Below are positions 14,650 to 25,612 of a DNA stretch of 64,000 nucleotides, piece by piece; position 1 is the first letter of the stretch, and each line of letters begins with the position of its first letter. The notes under the pieces were generated by a model. It made no database searches and was not told the origin of the DNA. It saw only the letters and a program-made list of their open reading frames with translations. Origin of the DNA: Lama glama (Eukaryota); the NCBI GenBank assembly GCA_028534125.1, contig CM052818.1, forward strand, positions 15,068,001 through 15,132,000, given 5' to 3'. A program made the translations under genes and the position numbers.

Positions 14650-15125
14650 TTTATCTTTTTATTATGGAAAATTTCAAGCATATAAAAAATAGAGAATTGT
14701 ATAATGAACTTCCATGTTCCCATCACCCAGATTTGATAATTATTAACTCATGGCCACTCTTATTTCCATTTCCTCACCAATTCCCTCTCTTTCATAACGA
14801 TTTTGAAGCAAATTCCAGACATAATATTGGTAAATATTTTAGTATGTGTCTTTAGAAGTCAAAGATTCCCTTTTAAAAAAACATAACAATGATACCCTTT
14901 TAAAAAACATAGCAGTAATACCATCATTGTATCACCTTAAAAATGAATAATTTCTTAATACCAAATATCCTGTCAGTATTTACATATTTTTAATTGTTCT
15001 GTAGCTTTTTAAATGGTTTGCTTATATCCAGATCCAAAAATTATCACTGTGATGTTATTTTTATTTTCTTTGGAATTTTTTGATTGAGATATTAGGTTAT
15101 TTTCTTGTAGAGTTTCCAAAAGTTT
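14650..15125 (-). mobile_element. Old L1 (L1MC/L1ME-type) 3' end
   Basis: TTTATTATGGAAAATTTCAAGCATATAAAAAATAGAGAATTGTATAATGAAC...CCCATCACCC is a typical L1MC 3' end in antisense. Confidence 0.65.
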
Positions 15126-15127
15126 GG

Positions 15128-15905
15128 GTTTTTTAAATTGAAGTATAGTCAGTTACAACGTCAATCTGGTGTACAGCAAAAATGTCCAGTCATATATATA
15201 CATACATATATTCATTTTCATATTTTTTTCATTGAAGGTTATTACAATATATTGAGCATAGTTCCCTGTGCTATACAAAAGAAACTTTTTTTTGGATTTT
15301 GTCGATTGCANNNNNNNNNNNNNNNNNNNNNNNNNNNNNNNNNNNNNNNNNNNNNNNNNNNNNNNNNNNNNNNNNNNNNNNNNNNNNNNNNNNNNNNNNN
15401 NNNNNNNNNNNNNNNNNNNNNNNNNNNNNNNNNNNNNNNNNNNNNNNNNNNNNNNNNNNNNNNNNNNNNNNNNNNNNNNNNNNNNNNNNNNNNNNNNNNN
15501 NNNNNNNNNNNNNNNNNNNNNNNNNNNNNNNNNNNNNNNNNNNNNNNNNNNNNNNNNNNNNNNNNNNNNNNNNNNNNNNNNNNNNNNNNNNNNNNNNNNN
15601 NNNNNNNNNNNNNNNNNNNNNNNNNNNNNNNNNNNNNNNNNNNNNNNNNNNNNNNNNNNNNNNNNNNNNNNNNNNNNNNNNNNNNNNNNNNNNNNNNNNN
15701 NNNNNNNNNNNNNNNNNNNNNNNNNNNNNNNNNNNNNNNNNNNNNNNNNNNNNNNNNNNNNNNNNNNNNNNNNNNNNNNNNNNNNNNNNNNNNNNNNNNN
15801 NNNNNNNNNNTACATGTATCTTTTCAAATGAGCACTTTCATTTTCTTCAGACATCATAGGAGTGGAATTGCTGACTCATATGGTAACTCCATTTTTAGTT
15901 TTTTG
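15128..15905 (-). mobile_element. Lineage-specific L1 3' fragment spanning the assembly gap
   Basis: L1 3' UTR antisense (ATTGAAGTATAGTCAG...ATAGTTCCCTGTGCTATACA) lies left of the gap. ORF2-end antisense (GGAATTGCTGACTCATATGGTAACTC) lies right of it, in collinear order. Confidence 0.75.
15311..15810. other. Assembly gap (500 N)
   Basis: Run of N. The X-containing ORFs in the track are artefacts of it. Confidence 1.
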
Positions 15906-15907
15906 GG

Positions 15908-16095
15908 ACCTGACAGTAACTCCTGGTAGATAGTGTCAGAATTGAATGGAATTGTAAGACACCCAGCTGTTGTCAGAGAATTGGTCAATGTGGAGGGGGG
16001 GACCCATACATTTGATGTCAGAAGTGAAATATTGAGAGTAATGAGAGGAAAACACAGAAATGTTGTAAGGAGTAGTAAAGTAGAAGGAAATCTTT
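15908..16095 (+). mobile_element. MER21-like LTR 3' fragment
   Basis: GGTAGATAGTGTCAGAATTGAATGGAATTGTAAGACACCCAGCTG...ACATTTGATGTCAGAAGTG resembles the MER21 family. Confidence 0.65.
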
Positions 16096-16808
16096 CCCCG
16101 TCATTACTCAGTGTTGGCTGTTCTGGATTGATTTTCCCAGGTGTGTGGTGTGTCATTTCAATATATAGACAAAAATTTTTTTTTCAATTTTGTAATTTTT
16201 AATTTTTTCTCAATTCCATTTCTTTGGTTCTTTTCAGTGACTCCCATTGTACATATTTTTTTTAAACTTTTTTTATTGAGTTATAGTCCATGGTACATAT
16301 TTTGGATCTACTTTTCTTACCATCTGTACTCATTGCTGTCTCTCAATTTACTATATTTTTCATTTCCTTTTGAATTAAGATTTTTTTCCTTTTCATGTTT
16401 TATTTCCTTTAATGTGTTACTAATTGTACACATTTGCTGTTGTGTTCCTTCTGGTTTAGACTTTATTTCTGAAGTAATTCATTTGTATATCTTAAATTAT
16501 TTTCTAAATTTTTTCTTCTGTCTTGTCAAATCTCCAGTCCTCTCATTTGAGTTTTTTTAATTCCAGTTCAAGTTATTCCTTAATTCTCTCTTATCTTCTT
16601 AATTTATGTTAGCTCATTTAAATATAAGGTTATAGTTCTCATCTGTTTGTGGGCATGTCTCTCTGGCATGCTTTTATTATCTGTAGGCATGCTATTCTTC
16701 TTATCATTCTCTTATCCTCATATTTACTTTTTATGGAATTCCACTCTTTTCTGTTGCTTTATTTTGGTACTATTTTAATTCCCTTGTCATTGCTTTTACT
16801 ATGTATTT

Positions 16809-18598
16809 AAAAAAAATTTTATTGAAGTGTAGTTGATTTACAGTTTTAGTTTCAAGTATACAGCAAAGTGAATCAATTATACATATACATACATGCATAT
16901 ATTTTCTTTTCAAATTCTTTTCCATTATATGTTATAAGAAATTGAATATAGTTCCCTGTGCTATACAGTAGGTCATTGTTGTCTGTCTATTTATATATAG
17001 TAATGTGTGTCTGTTAACCCCTAATTATTCTTCCCTGCCCTTTCCCCTTTGGTAGCCATAGTTTGTTTTCTATGTCCGTGAGTCTGTTTTTTGTTTGTAA
17101 ACAGAATTTGTATATTTTTTAAAATATGGATATCATACAATATTTGTCTTTCTCAGTCTGACTTCACTCAGTATGATAATCTGTAGGTCTATCCATGTTG
17201 CTGCAAATGGCATTATTTCATTCTTTTTTATGGCTGAGTAATATTCCATCATGCGCACACACACCACCTTCCTTACCCAATCATCTGTTGGTGAACATTT
17301 AGTTTGTTTCCATGTCTTGGCTATTATAAATAGTTCTGCTATGAATATTGGGGGGCATGTGTCTTTTTGAATTATAATTTTCTCCAGACATATGCCCAGG
17401 AGTGGGATTGCTGGATCATATGGTAACTCTATTTTCAGTTTTTTAAGGAACCTCCATACTCTCCTCCATAGTGACTGTACCAATTTACATTCCCAACAAC
17501 AGTGTGGGAAGTTTCCTTTTTCTCCACACCCTCTCCAGCGTGTATTATTTGTAGACTTTTAAATGATGGCTATTCTGACTAGTGTGAGGTGATTACCTCA
17601 TTGTAATTTTGATTTGCATTTCTCTAGTAATTAGTGATATTGAGCATTTTTTCATGTGCCTGTTAGCCATTGATATGTCTTCTCTGGAGAAATGTCTATT
17701 TAGGTCTTCTGCCCATTTTTGATTTTTTTTTATATTAAACTGTATAAGCTGCTTATATATTTTAGAAATTAGTCCCTTGTTGGTCGTGTCATTTGCAAAT
17801 ATTTTCTCCCATTCCGTAGGTTTTCTTTTCATTTTGTTTATGATTTCCTTTGCTGTGCAAAAGCTTTTAAGTTTAATTATGTCCCATTAATTTTTGCAGT
17901 TATTTCCATTACTCTAGGAGCTGGTTCAAAAAAAATATTGCTGAAATTTATGTCAAAGAGTGTTCTGCCTATGTTTTCCTCGTTTTATAGTATCCAGTCT
18001 TAACATTTAGGTCTTTAGCCCATTTGAGTTTATTTTTGTATATGGTGTTAGAGAATGTTCTAATTTCATTCTTTTACATGTGGCTGTCCAGTTCTCTTAG
18101 CACCGCTTGTTGAAGAGACTTTTCTGCATTATATATTCTTGCCTCCTTTGTCATAGATTAATTCATCATAAGTGCATAGGTTTATTTCTGGACTTTCTAT
18201 CCTATTCCGTTGATCCGCGTGTCTGTTTTTGTGCCAGTACCATGCTGTTTTGATTACTGTAGCTGTGTAGTATAGTCCAAAGTCAGGGAGCCGGATTCCT
18301 CCAGCTCTACTTTCTCAAGATTGTTTGGGCTATTTTGGTGTCTTTTGTATTTACATACAAATTTAAATTTAAAAGAATTTTTGTTCCAGTTCTGTGAAAA
18401 ATGTCATTGGCAATTTGCTGAGGATTGTATTGAATCTGTATATTGCCTAAGGTGGCAAAGGACCTGTACTCTGAAAACTATACAATACTGATGAAAGAAA
18501 CTGAAGATGACAGAAACAGATGGAAATATATACCATGTTCTTGGATTGGAAGGCTCAATATTATTATTATTTCTAGGTATTTTTAATCCTTTTTGATT
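16809..18598 (-). mobile_element. 5'-truncated LINE-1 with an internal inversion and 16-bp TSD
   Basis: Minus-strand ORFs 17133-17483 ([22 protein letters not shown]) and 17593-17832 ([11 protein letters not shown]) are L1 ORF2 C-terminal sequence. TSD is CTTTTACTATG(T/C)ATTT at 16793-16808 and 18599-18614. Confidence 0.95.
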
Positions 18599-18819
18599 CT
18601 TTTACTATGCATTTTTTTAGGTATTTTCTTAGTGGTTGTCCTGTGAATTACAATTATCATAATTTATAATAATCTTGTTAAGGTTAATACCAACTTAATT
18701 TCAATATTCAAAAGCTTTGTGCCTACATAGCTCCATTTCCCCCCTCATTTGTGCTGTTACTGTCATACGATTAAATCTTTATATACTGTGTGTGTATCCC
18801 TTTCTAACCTTTGTGTGTT

Positions 18820-19570
18820 GACTTCATGGAGGTCAGATAATTTCTGTCTTTAATTCACAAGACTTCAGGTGAGGAACTGAGCTCAAGAAGCTGAATTTGA
18901 GGGACTAATCTGAGCAGCCTCATCTGCAGTTGGACCTGATGGACGTGATGAAATTCTTGTCCTTGAGTCCAAGCTTGTTGTCATGATAGACAAGGCTTAA
19001 GTGAGGTGGGGCTTGGGATGAGGTGAGTGTAATTTGCATGTGGGAGGAATGTAAATAATTTTTGGTTATAGGATAAGCTAAAAGTTCTTTGACATTCCTA
19101 CCATTGAAAAGAACACTTTGGGATATGGATTGGCCTTAGTTTTAGTGACTTGCTTCTAACCAATAGAATGGGTTAGAAGTAGTAATAAGAGGCTGGGTCA
19201 TAAGACAGTACAGATTCTGCCCCATGTCTGTGCTTGTGTCTTGCTCATGCACTCTCTCTCTCCATCTTCCATCACCCTTGGAACTTAGCTGTCATATTCT
19301 GAGCAAGTCCTAGGCTCCATGTGTAGGTGTTCTGGCCAACAGCCCCAGCAAAAGTTCCAGCCAACATCCAGTATCAACCACTAGACATACGAGCTAACAA
19401 GTCTTCAGATGATTCCAACCTTCAAACTTGAGCTATCCCAGAAGATGCTAAGAGGAATAGATTTGAGCTATCCCTACCAGTCCCTGCCCAAATTGCAGAT
19501 TTGTGAGCAAAATAAATGCTATCATTGTTTAATCCACCAATTGGGGTGATTTTTAAAGCAATAATACCTG
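18820..19570 (+). mobile_element. MaLR LTR (MLT1-type)
   Basis: GACTTGCTTCTAACCAATAGAATG, CCAGCCAACATCCAGTATCAACCAC and CCCTGCCCAAATTGCAGATTTGTGAGCAAAATAAATG are MLT1G/H-like motifs. Confidence 0.75.
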
Positions 19571-19619
19571 CCACCAAGTACCCACTACCCAGCTGAACTC
19601 ATAGTAGACATTGTTTCAT

Positions 19620-19786
19620 ATATTTTATTTTTTATTGAAGTATAGTCAGTTTACAGTGTTGTGTCAATTTCTGGTGTACAGCATAATGTTTCAGTCATAT
19701 ATATATTCATTTTCATATTTTTTACTATAGGCTGCTATAAGATATTAAATATAGTTCCCTGTGCTATACAGAACAAACTTGTTGTA
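19620..19786 (-). mobile_element. Very short L1 3' end insertion with perfect 12-bp TSD
   Basis: L1 3' UTR antisense flanked by ACATTGTTTCAT at 19608-19619 and 19787-19798. Confidence 0.9.
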
Positions 19787-21660
19787 ACATTGTTTCATTT
19801 ATACCCCTACTCATTTTCCCTAGTCTAAAGCAGATTCCAGACTCCATACTATTTCTTCTGTTTTTATATACATATATACACAAATGCTCTTTTTAAAACA
19901 ACATAAACACTTTTCTTTATCACATCTAACAATTCCTTAATTGTCGAATATCCAATATTTGACTTTCCCTCATTGTCTCACAAAATTTTTCACACCTTTT
20001 CTTTTTGAATCAGGATCCAATTAGATTCCATATACTAAAATTAGTTAATACGTCTTTTAATCTCTTTTTTAAAATCTATAGATTTTCCCAACATTTTAAA
20101 GGACCTACCTTGTACAAGGCTTTAGGAAGTTTGTAGAGTAAGACAGCCTTAAATTACTTAGTATAGAAGGGAGATGCAAACACAAAGATTATGAAACAAA
20201 GAATAATATGACAAATGGGATGAGTAAAGTGTTGGAAGATTTGAGAAAAGGAAGAGAATAGTTTTATCATCTTCAGGCCACAGTGGTTGTGGTATTCATA
20301 GAGGCTTATGAATTCCAGAAGACTGACAAAAATAAAGAATGGAAACCTCCACTAGTTCCAGAAGACTTCACTGATGTCATGTCTAGTGAACCAAAGGCGT
20401 AATCAATTTTTTCATGATTTTCTTTGGAACAGCTCCAGTTGGGATTATTGATCCTTGAGCCAGTTTGAGCTTCCACTCTCAAGTCTTCATAGTTCATCTG
20501 CAAAAGTTTCTAAAATAATTTGCATCACAAACTCAAAATTTACTGAGAAGTCCTTTAAAATTGAGATTTTACTCTGGGGCAATAGATGTGAGAACAGTTT
20601 TACTGTAACAAGAGTAACCATAAATATTTTAAATGTGATTCAGACAGAGAGTGGGAAACCTCAGCAGAAGGAATTTTTGCCCAATCGATGTTAGTAGCGT
20701 ATTTTGGGGCAGTACAAATCAGAATTAAGCTTTACTGTTCCCATTTGGGAGGAAAATGCAAATAATGCTGGTCTTGACAATGCTTTGACTATCTCTCCAG
20801 AATATTTATAAGTCTAAACATGATGCTTTTAAGTGGTTAAGAGAGCAGTTTATTCACTGTCCTATTTTAATCCCCTAAAGACCCACTGCAAGAAATAGGG
20901 GAGATTTATGACCTGTGACTAATAACCTAGTAATCACGATGGACAATGAGTTTTGTCGTTTAAGAGCTACTTGAGGAAGGAGAAAGACCTTCAGTGATCA
21001 GTAGGGCATTTTTAAACTCTAATAAACTGCTATTACTGCTTCAGTAATAAAAATGTAATGGCTTGTTGGACATAAAAATTGCATGAAATTTATTTAAAGA
21101 CAATTTTGGGGTCGGAATGGGAGATTTACACATGTAATCATCCTGTTGATCAAGGTGAATGTGAATAACTTGCTTTTAGTAAAAAACATAAGAGGGCATG
21201 CTTATTTTATTCTCTTTGTATGTTATGAGCCTTCAGAAAATATTAGATATTGGTGGTGGGTGCAATTTCAGAGCAATAATCCTACAGCTGTAAGTTTTCT
21301 TTTCGTATCACTCAAGTGGGGTTTTGGAGAGGAGGTGCAGAACTCTAGAGAGCACTGGGAATCAACTTACCATTTCTTGTCGAGCCTAGACAGTAGCACA
21401 CCCAGGCTCTAGGTGATCTGGGTAGTCAGAATTTCTTTCTAGGATCTTTGAGTCCAAGTGTGAATAGCTACAGGATTTAGGGCAGCCCACACAGTTGCTG
21501 GCTGGCACCGTAATTTTAGCTAAGGGCAGAATTTGACCCATTAATTTGTTCTGTTCACTTTTCTAATGTTATATCCAGCATCCAAAAAAATTGAGATTGC
21601 TTAACTACCGAAAGGTTGCTATTTTCTCCTTTATTATTTAATATAAATAATGATTACATT

Positions 21661-22230
21661 TGTATTAGGTGTCTATTGCTGCATAAGAAATTACCACAAA
21701 TTTAGTGACTTAAAATGATACACATTTATTATCTCACAATTTCTGTGGGTCAGAAAGCTGGGCACAGATTAGTTGGGTCTTTTACCTCAGGGTCTCTTAT
21801 GAGGTTTCAATCAAGGTGTCAGCCAGGGTTAGTCTCATTTAATAGCTTTACTGGAGATGGTTTTGCTTTTAAGATCATGTGGTTTTTGATAGAATTTAGT
21901 TCCTTGCAGCCTGTTGGACTGAGGGCTGTTAGCTAGAGACCACCTGAAATCTTAGTTACCTGTTGGCCCGAGGCCAAACTCAGTTCCTTTTCACATAGGT
22001 CTCCCTAACATGACTGCTTGCTTCATCAAAGCACACAAGGGAATAAAGCAATAGACAGAGTCTGCTAGCAGGACGAAAGTCACTACTGTGTAACTTAACC
22101 ATGAGAGTAACAAACCTTTACCATCTTCTAGAAACAAGTCACACATCGCATCCACACTAAATGGAGTGGATTGTACAAGGTGTGAATTCCAGGAGGTATA
22201 GACGACGAGGCTATTTCAGAGTTTGCCACA
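21661..22230 (-). mobile_element. MaLR solo LTR (MLT1D/E-like)
   Basis: Begins TGTATTAG..TATTGCTGCATAAGAAATTACCACAAATTTAGTGACTTAAAA...TTTATTATCTCACAATTTCTGTGGGTCAG and ends GCCACA. Confidence 0.8.
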
Positions 22231-22539
22231 ATTTTGTTAATATTCAAAGACATATTCTTTTAGAAAATATAAGCCATATGGATAAATTTTTTAAAAGTCC
22301 TGCAATTCCACTACCCAGAGATGAAAACCACTAATATTTTGGTTTTTATTCCTCTAGTCTTTTTTTCTATTTTGTATGTTATTAAAACAAATAAAAATTG
22401 GTCATAACTTGATACACTCTTGAATATTCTATCTCATTTAATTCCTTAAGGATTTTTGCACGCTAGTAAATAATCTATATGGTTTTAAGTGGCAGCATAA
22501 ATTTATGCTGTCATTCAACCATTGGTTGTTTGTTTAACT

Positions 22540-22870
22540 GAGAGTTACAAACTTTTTATGTAAAGGACAAGATAGTAAATATTTTAGGCTTTGGGGGCCA
22601 CATACCCAACTCTGCTGTTATAGTGCCAGATAACATGTCACAGATAGCCATAGATAATATGCCAAGGAGTGTGGATGTGGTTGTGTTCCAGTAAAACTTT
22701 GTTTAATGGAGCAGAAAATTGAATTTTATAATAATTATCATGTGTTACCAAATATAATTCTTTTTGTTTATTTCAGCATTTAAAAATATCAAAAGTACTG
22801 CTAGCTTATGGGCTGGATGAAAAAGGGTAGTGAGGTAGATCTGGGCTGTGCTTGGTTTATCCTGTTACTT
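22540..22870 (+). mobile_element. MER58B-like hAT-Charlie MITE
   Basis: CAAACTTTTTATGTAAAGGACAAGATAGTAAATATTTTAGGCTTTG...GTGTTCCAGTAAAACTTT. Confidence 0.75.
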
Positions 22871-22986
22871 CTAGATGGATATTCAGCTATGTTCCATATT
22901 TTTAGTACTGTAATTAATGCTTAGGTTAACAGCTTGTTAGCTGAATCTGTGAGATTTATTTGTGATTACTTACTGAGGAAAATTTC

Positions 22987-25612
22987 TTTTTTTCCCACCC
23001 TCTTTATTTATTTATGTTTGTTGAGGTATAGGTGATTTACAATATTGTATTAGTTTCAGGAGTACAATATAGTGATTCAAAGTTTTTATAGATTATATTC
23101 CATTTATAGTTATTATAAAATATCGGCCATATTCCCTGTCCTGTACAGTATATCCCTGTAGCTTATTATTTTATAAATAGTAAATTTGTATCTCGTAATC
23201 CCCTTCTCCTATCTTGCCCCTCCACCTTGCCCTCTCCTCACTAGTAACCACTAGTTTGTTCTCTGTATCTGTGACTCTGTTTAGTTTTTTTATATTCACT
23301 AGTCCCTTCTGGCCTGCAGTTTCTACTGAGAAGTCATCTGATAGCCTTATGGGAGTTCCCTTATATGTAGCTTGTTGCTTTTCCCTTGCTCCTTTCATAT
23401 TCTCTCTTTAAGTTTTGTTGTTTTAATTACCGTGTATCTTGGTGTGGTCCTCTTTGGGTTGATCCTGTTTGGGATTCTGTGCTTCCTGGACTTGGAAGTC
23501 TGTTTCCTTTCCTAGTTAGGGAAGTTTTCACCTATTATGTCTTCAGACATATTCTCTATACTTTTCTCTCTTCTCCACCTAGGACCCCTATAATGTGAAT
23601 TTTAGTACACTCATTGTTGTCCCAGGTGTCTCTTACACTTCCTCATTTTTTAAAATTATTTTTTCTTATTTCTTTTCAGCTTCAGTGATTTCCACTACTC
23701 TGTCTACCAGCTTGCTGATCTGTTTTCTGTATCATTTAGTCTACTCTTGATACCTTCTAGTGTATTTTTCATCTCATTTATTGTACTCTTTATCACTATT
23801 TGGTTGTTCTTTTTATTTTCTGACTACTTTGTTAAAAACTTCTAACTTCTTGCTTTGTTTATCCATTCTTCTCCCAGGTTCTTTGATCATCTTACTGTCA
23901 TTACCTTGAACTTTCTTGGATAGATTGCCTATCTCCACTTCAGTTTGTTCTTTTTCTGAGGTTTTATCTTGTTCCTTCGTTTGGAACCTGTTCCTCTGTC
24001 TCCTTATCTTGTCTAACTTACTGTTTTTATTTCTGTGTATCTGGTAGGTTGGTTACATTTCCCAACCTTGGAAAATAGCCCTTTTGTAGGTGATATCCTG
24101 TCTGTCCCAGCAGTGCACTCCCCTCTAGTCACCAGAACTATATGCTCTAAGGTTGCCCCCTGCTTAGGCTGCGTGAGTTCTTCTGTTGTGCTTTGTTGAC
24201 TACTGTGGATGGTCTAGGTGCGGCTGGACCTTGGTCCAGTTGGTTGCTAGGCCCTGCCTTTTGCGGAGGCTACTGGCCATTGGTTGACAGGGTCAGGTCA
24301 CAAGGTGATGAGCTGTGGATCCCCAGAGGGCCCTAGAGTTAGCACTGGCTCGCCGGTGGGTGGAGTTGGGGTCCAAAAGTTCCTAGGGCTGGTGCCCACT
24401 CATCAGTGGGTGAAGCCATGTCCTGAGGCTAGTGCTTGCCCAGTGGCAGACAGCCATGTTTTTGAGTTTGGCTGTAGGGCCCAAGGGTCCCAGGGTTGGT
24501 GTTGGACCATTGGTGGGTGTCGCCAGTTTCCCAATAGTTGACTGTGGGGCTGGGTGTGTCCCAAAGCTTGTGTTGTCCTGGTGCTGGGTGGGCTGGGTTT
24601 GCCATGGCAGGCTGTGGGGCAGTGGTTTTCCTGGGGCTGGTGTCCACCTGCTGGTAGGTAAGGTTGGTCCTGAGGCTAGGGCCTGGGCCCAGGGGATCCT
24701 GGGGCTGGTGCCTGCCCACTAGTGGGTGGAGCTGGGTCCTAGATTCTGTGGCTGCAGTGCCCTGGGGGTCTCGGGTATAGTGACTGCACACTAGTGTGTG
24801 TGGCCACATCTTAGGCCCTCAGGTGGTCAGGACCATGTCCAGGGGTGGCTGTGGGCTCAGGGTTCTTAAGGAAGCCTGTTTGCTGGTGAATGGGATTGTG
24901 TCCCCACCCAATGAGTTGTTTAGCCTGAGGCATCACAATACTTATACCTACAGGCTGGTGGGCAGGGACAGACCTGGGTCCTGAGGCTAATAAGGTAAAG
25001 GGAGGATTCCAGAATGGCCCTTGCTAGCACCAGTGCCCACGTGGTAGAATGAGCTCCCCATGATGACAGCTGACCATGTGTATGTCCCCAGAGTGATCTC
25101 CATCTGCCTCCTGTCTCTGGGAGACTCGAAGATTAGCAGGTAGGTCTGACCCAGGCTCCTTTCATAATTGCTTCTTCCCTGGGTCCTGGAGTGTATGAGA
25201 CTTTTTGTGTGTATGTGACCTTTATGAGTGGAATCTCTATTTCCCATGATCCACTGGGTCTCCTGTAGATAAACCCCATCAGCCTTCAAAGCCAAACGTT
25301 CTAGGGGTTTGTCATTCCAGTGCAAGATCCCTGGGCTGGGGAGCATGATGGGGGCTCAGACTCCTTGTTCCTTGTGCAGAATATATTTATTCTCCTGTTT
25401 GTACCTGGCGGTACCTGGCAGTATGGAACTTGACTGTACCATGACTCTGCTTCTCCTACCCATATCATTGTAGTTTCTTCTTTATATCTTTAGTTGTAGA
25501 AAATCTTTTCTGGTAGGTTCCAATCTTTTCATTGATTTAATCTCTAAATAGTTGTAATTTTAATGTGCCCCTGAGAAGATGTGAGCTCAGGGTTTTTCTA
25601 CTCTGCCGTCTT
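22987..25612 (-). mobile_element. LINE-1 with 5' UTR, partial ORF1 and 3' UTR but no ORF2
   Basis: On the minus strand the 5' end is AAGACGGCAGAGTAGAAAAACCCTGAGCTCAC (from 25612). A GC-rich 5' UTR spans about 24050-25612. ORF1 remnants (KGAREKQQATYKGTPIRLSDDFSVET) are fused at 23302/23303 to a 3' UTR and A-rich tail. Confidence 0.9.

Noticed and set aside
15138..15929. Long ORFs of 186-263 aa in the track
   Set aside because: They are artefacts of translating the 500-N gap.
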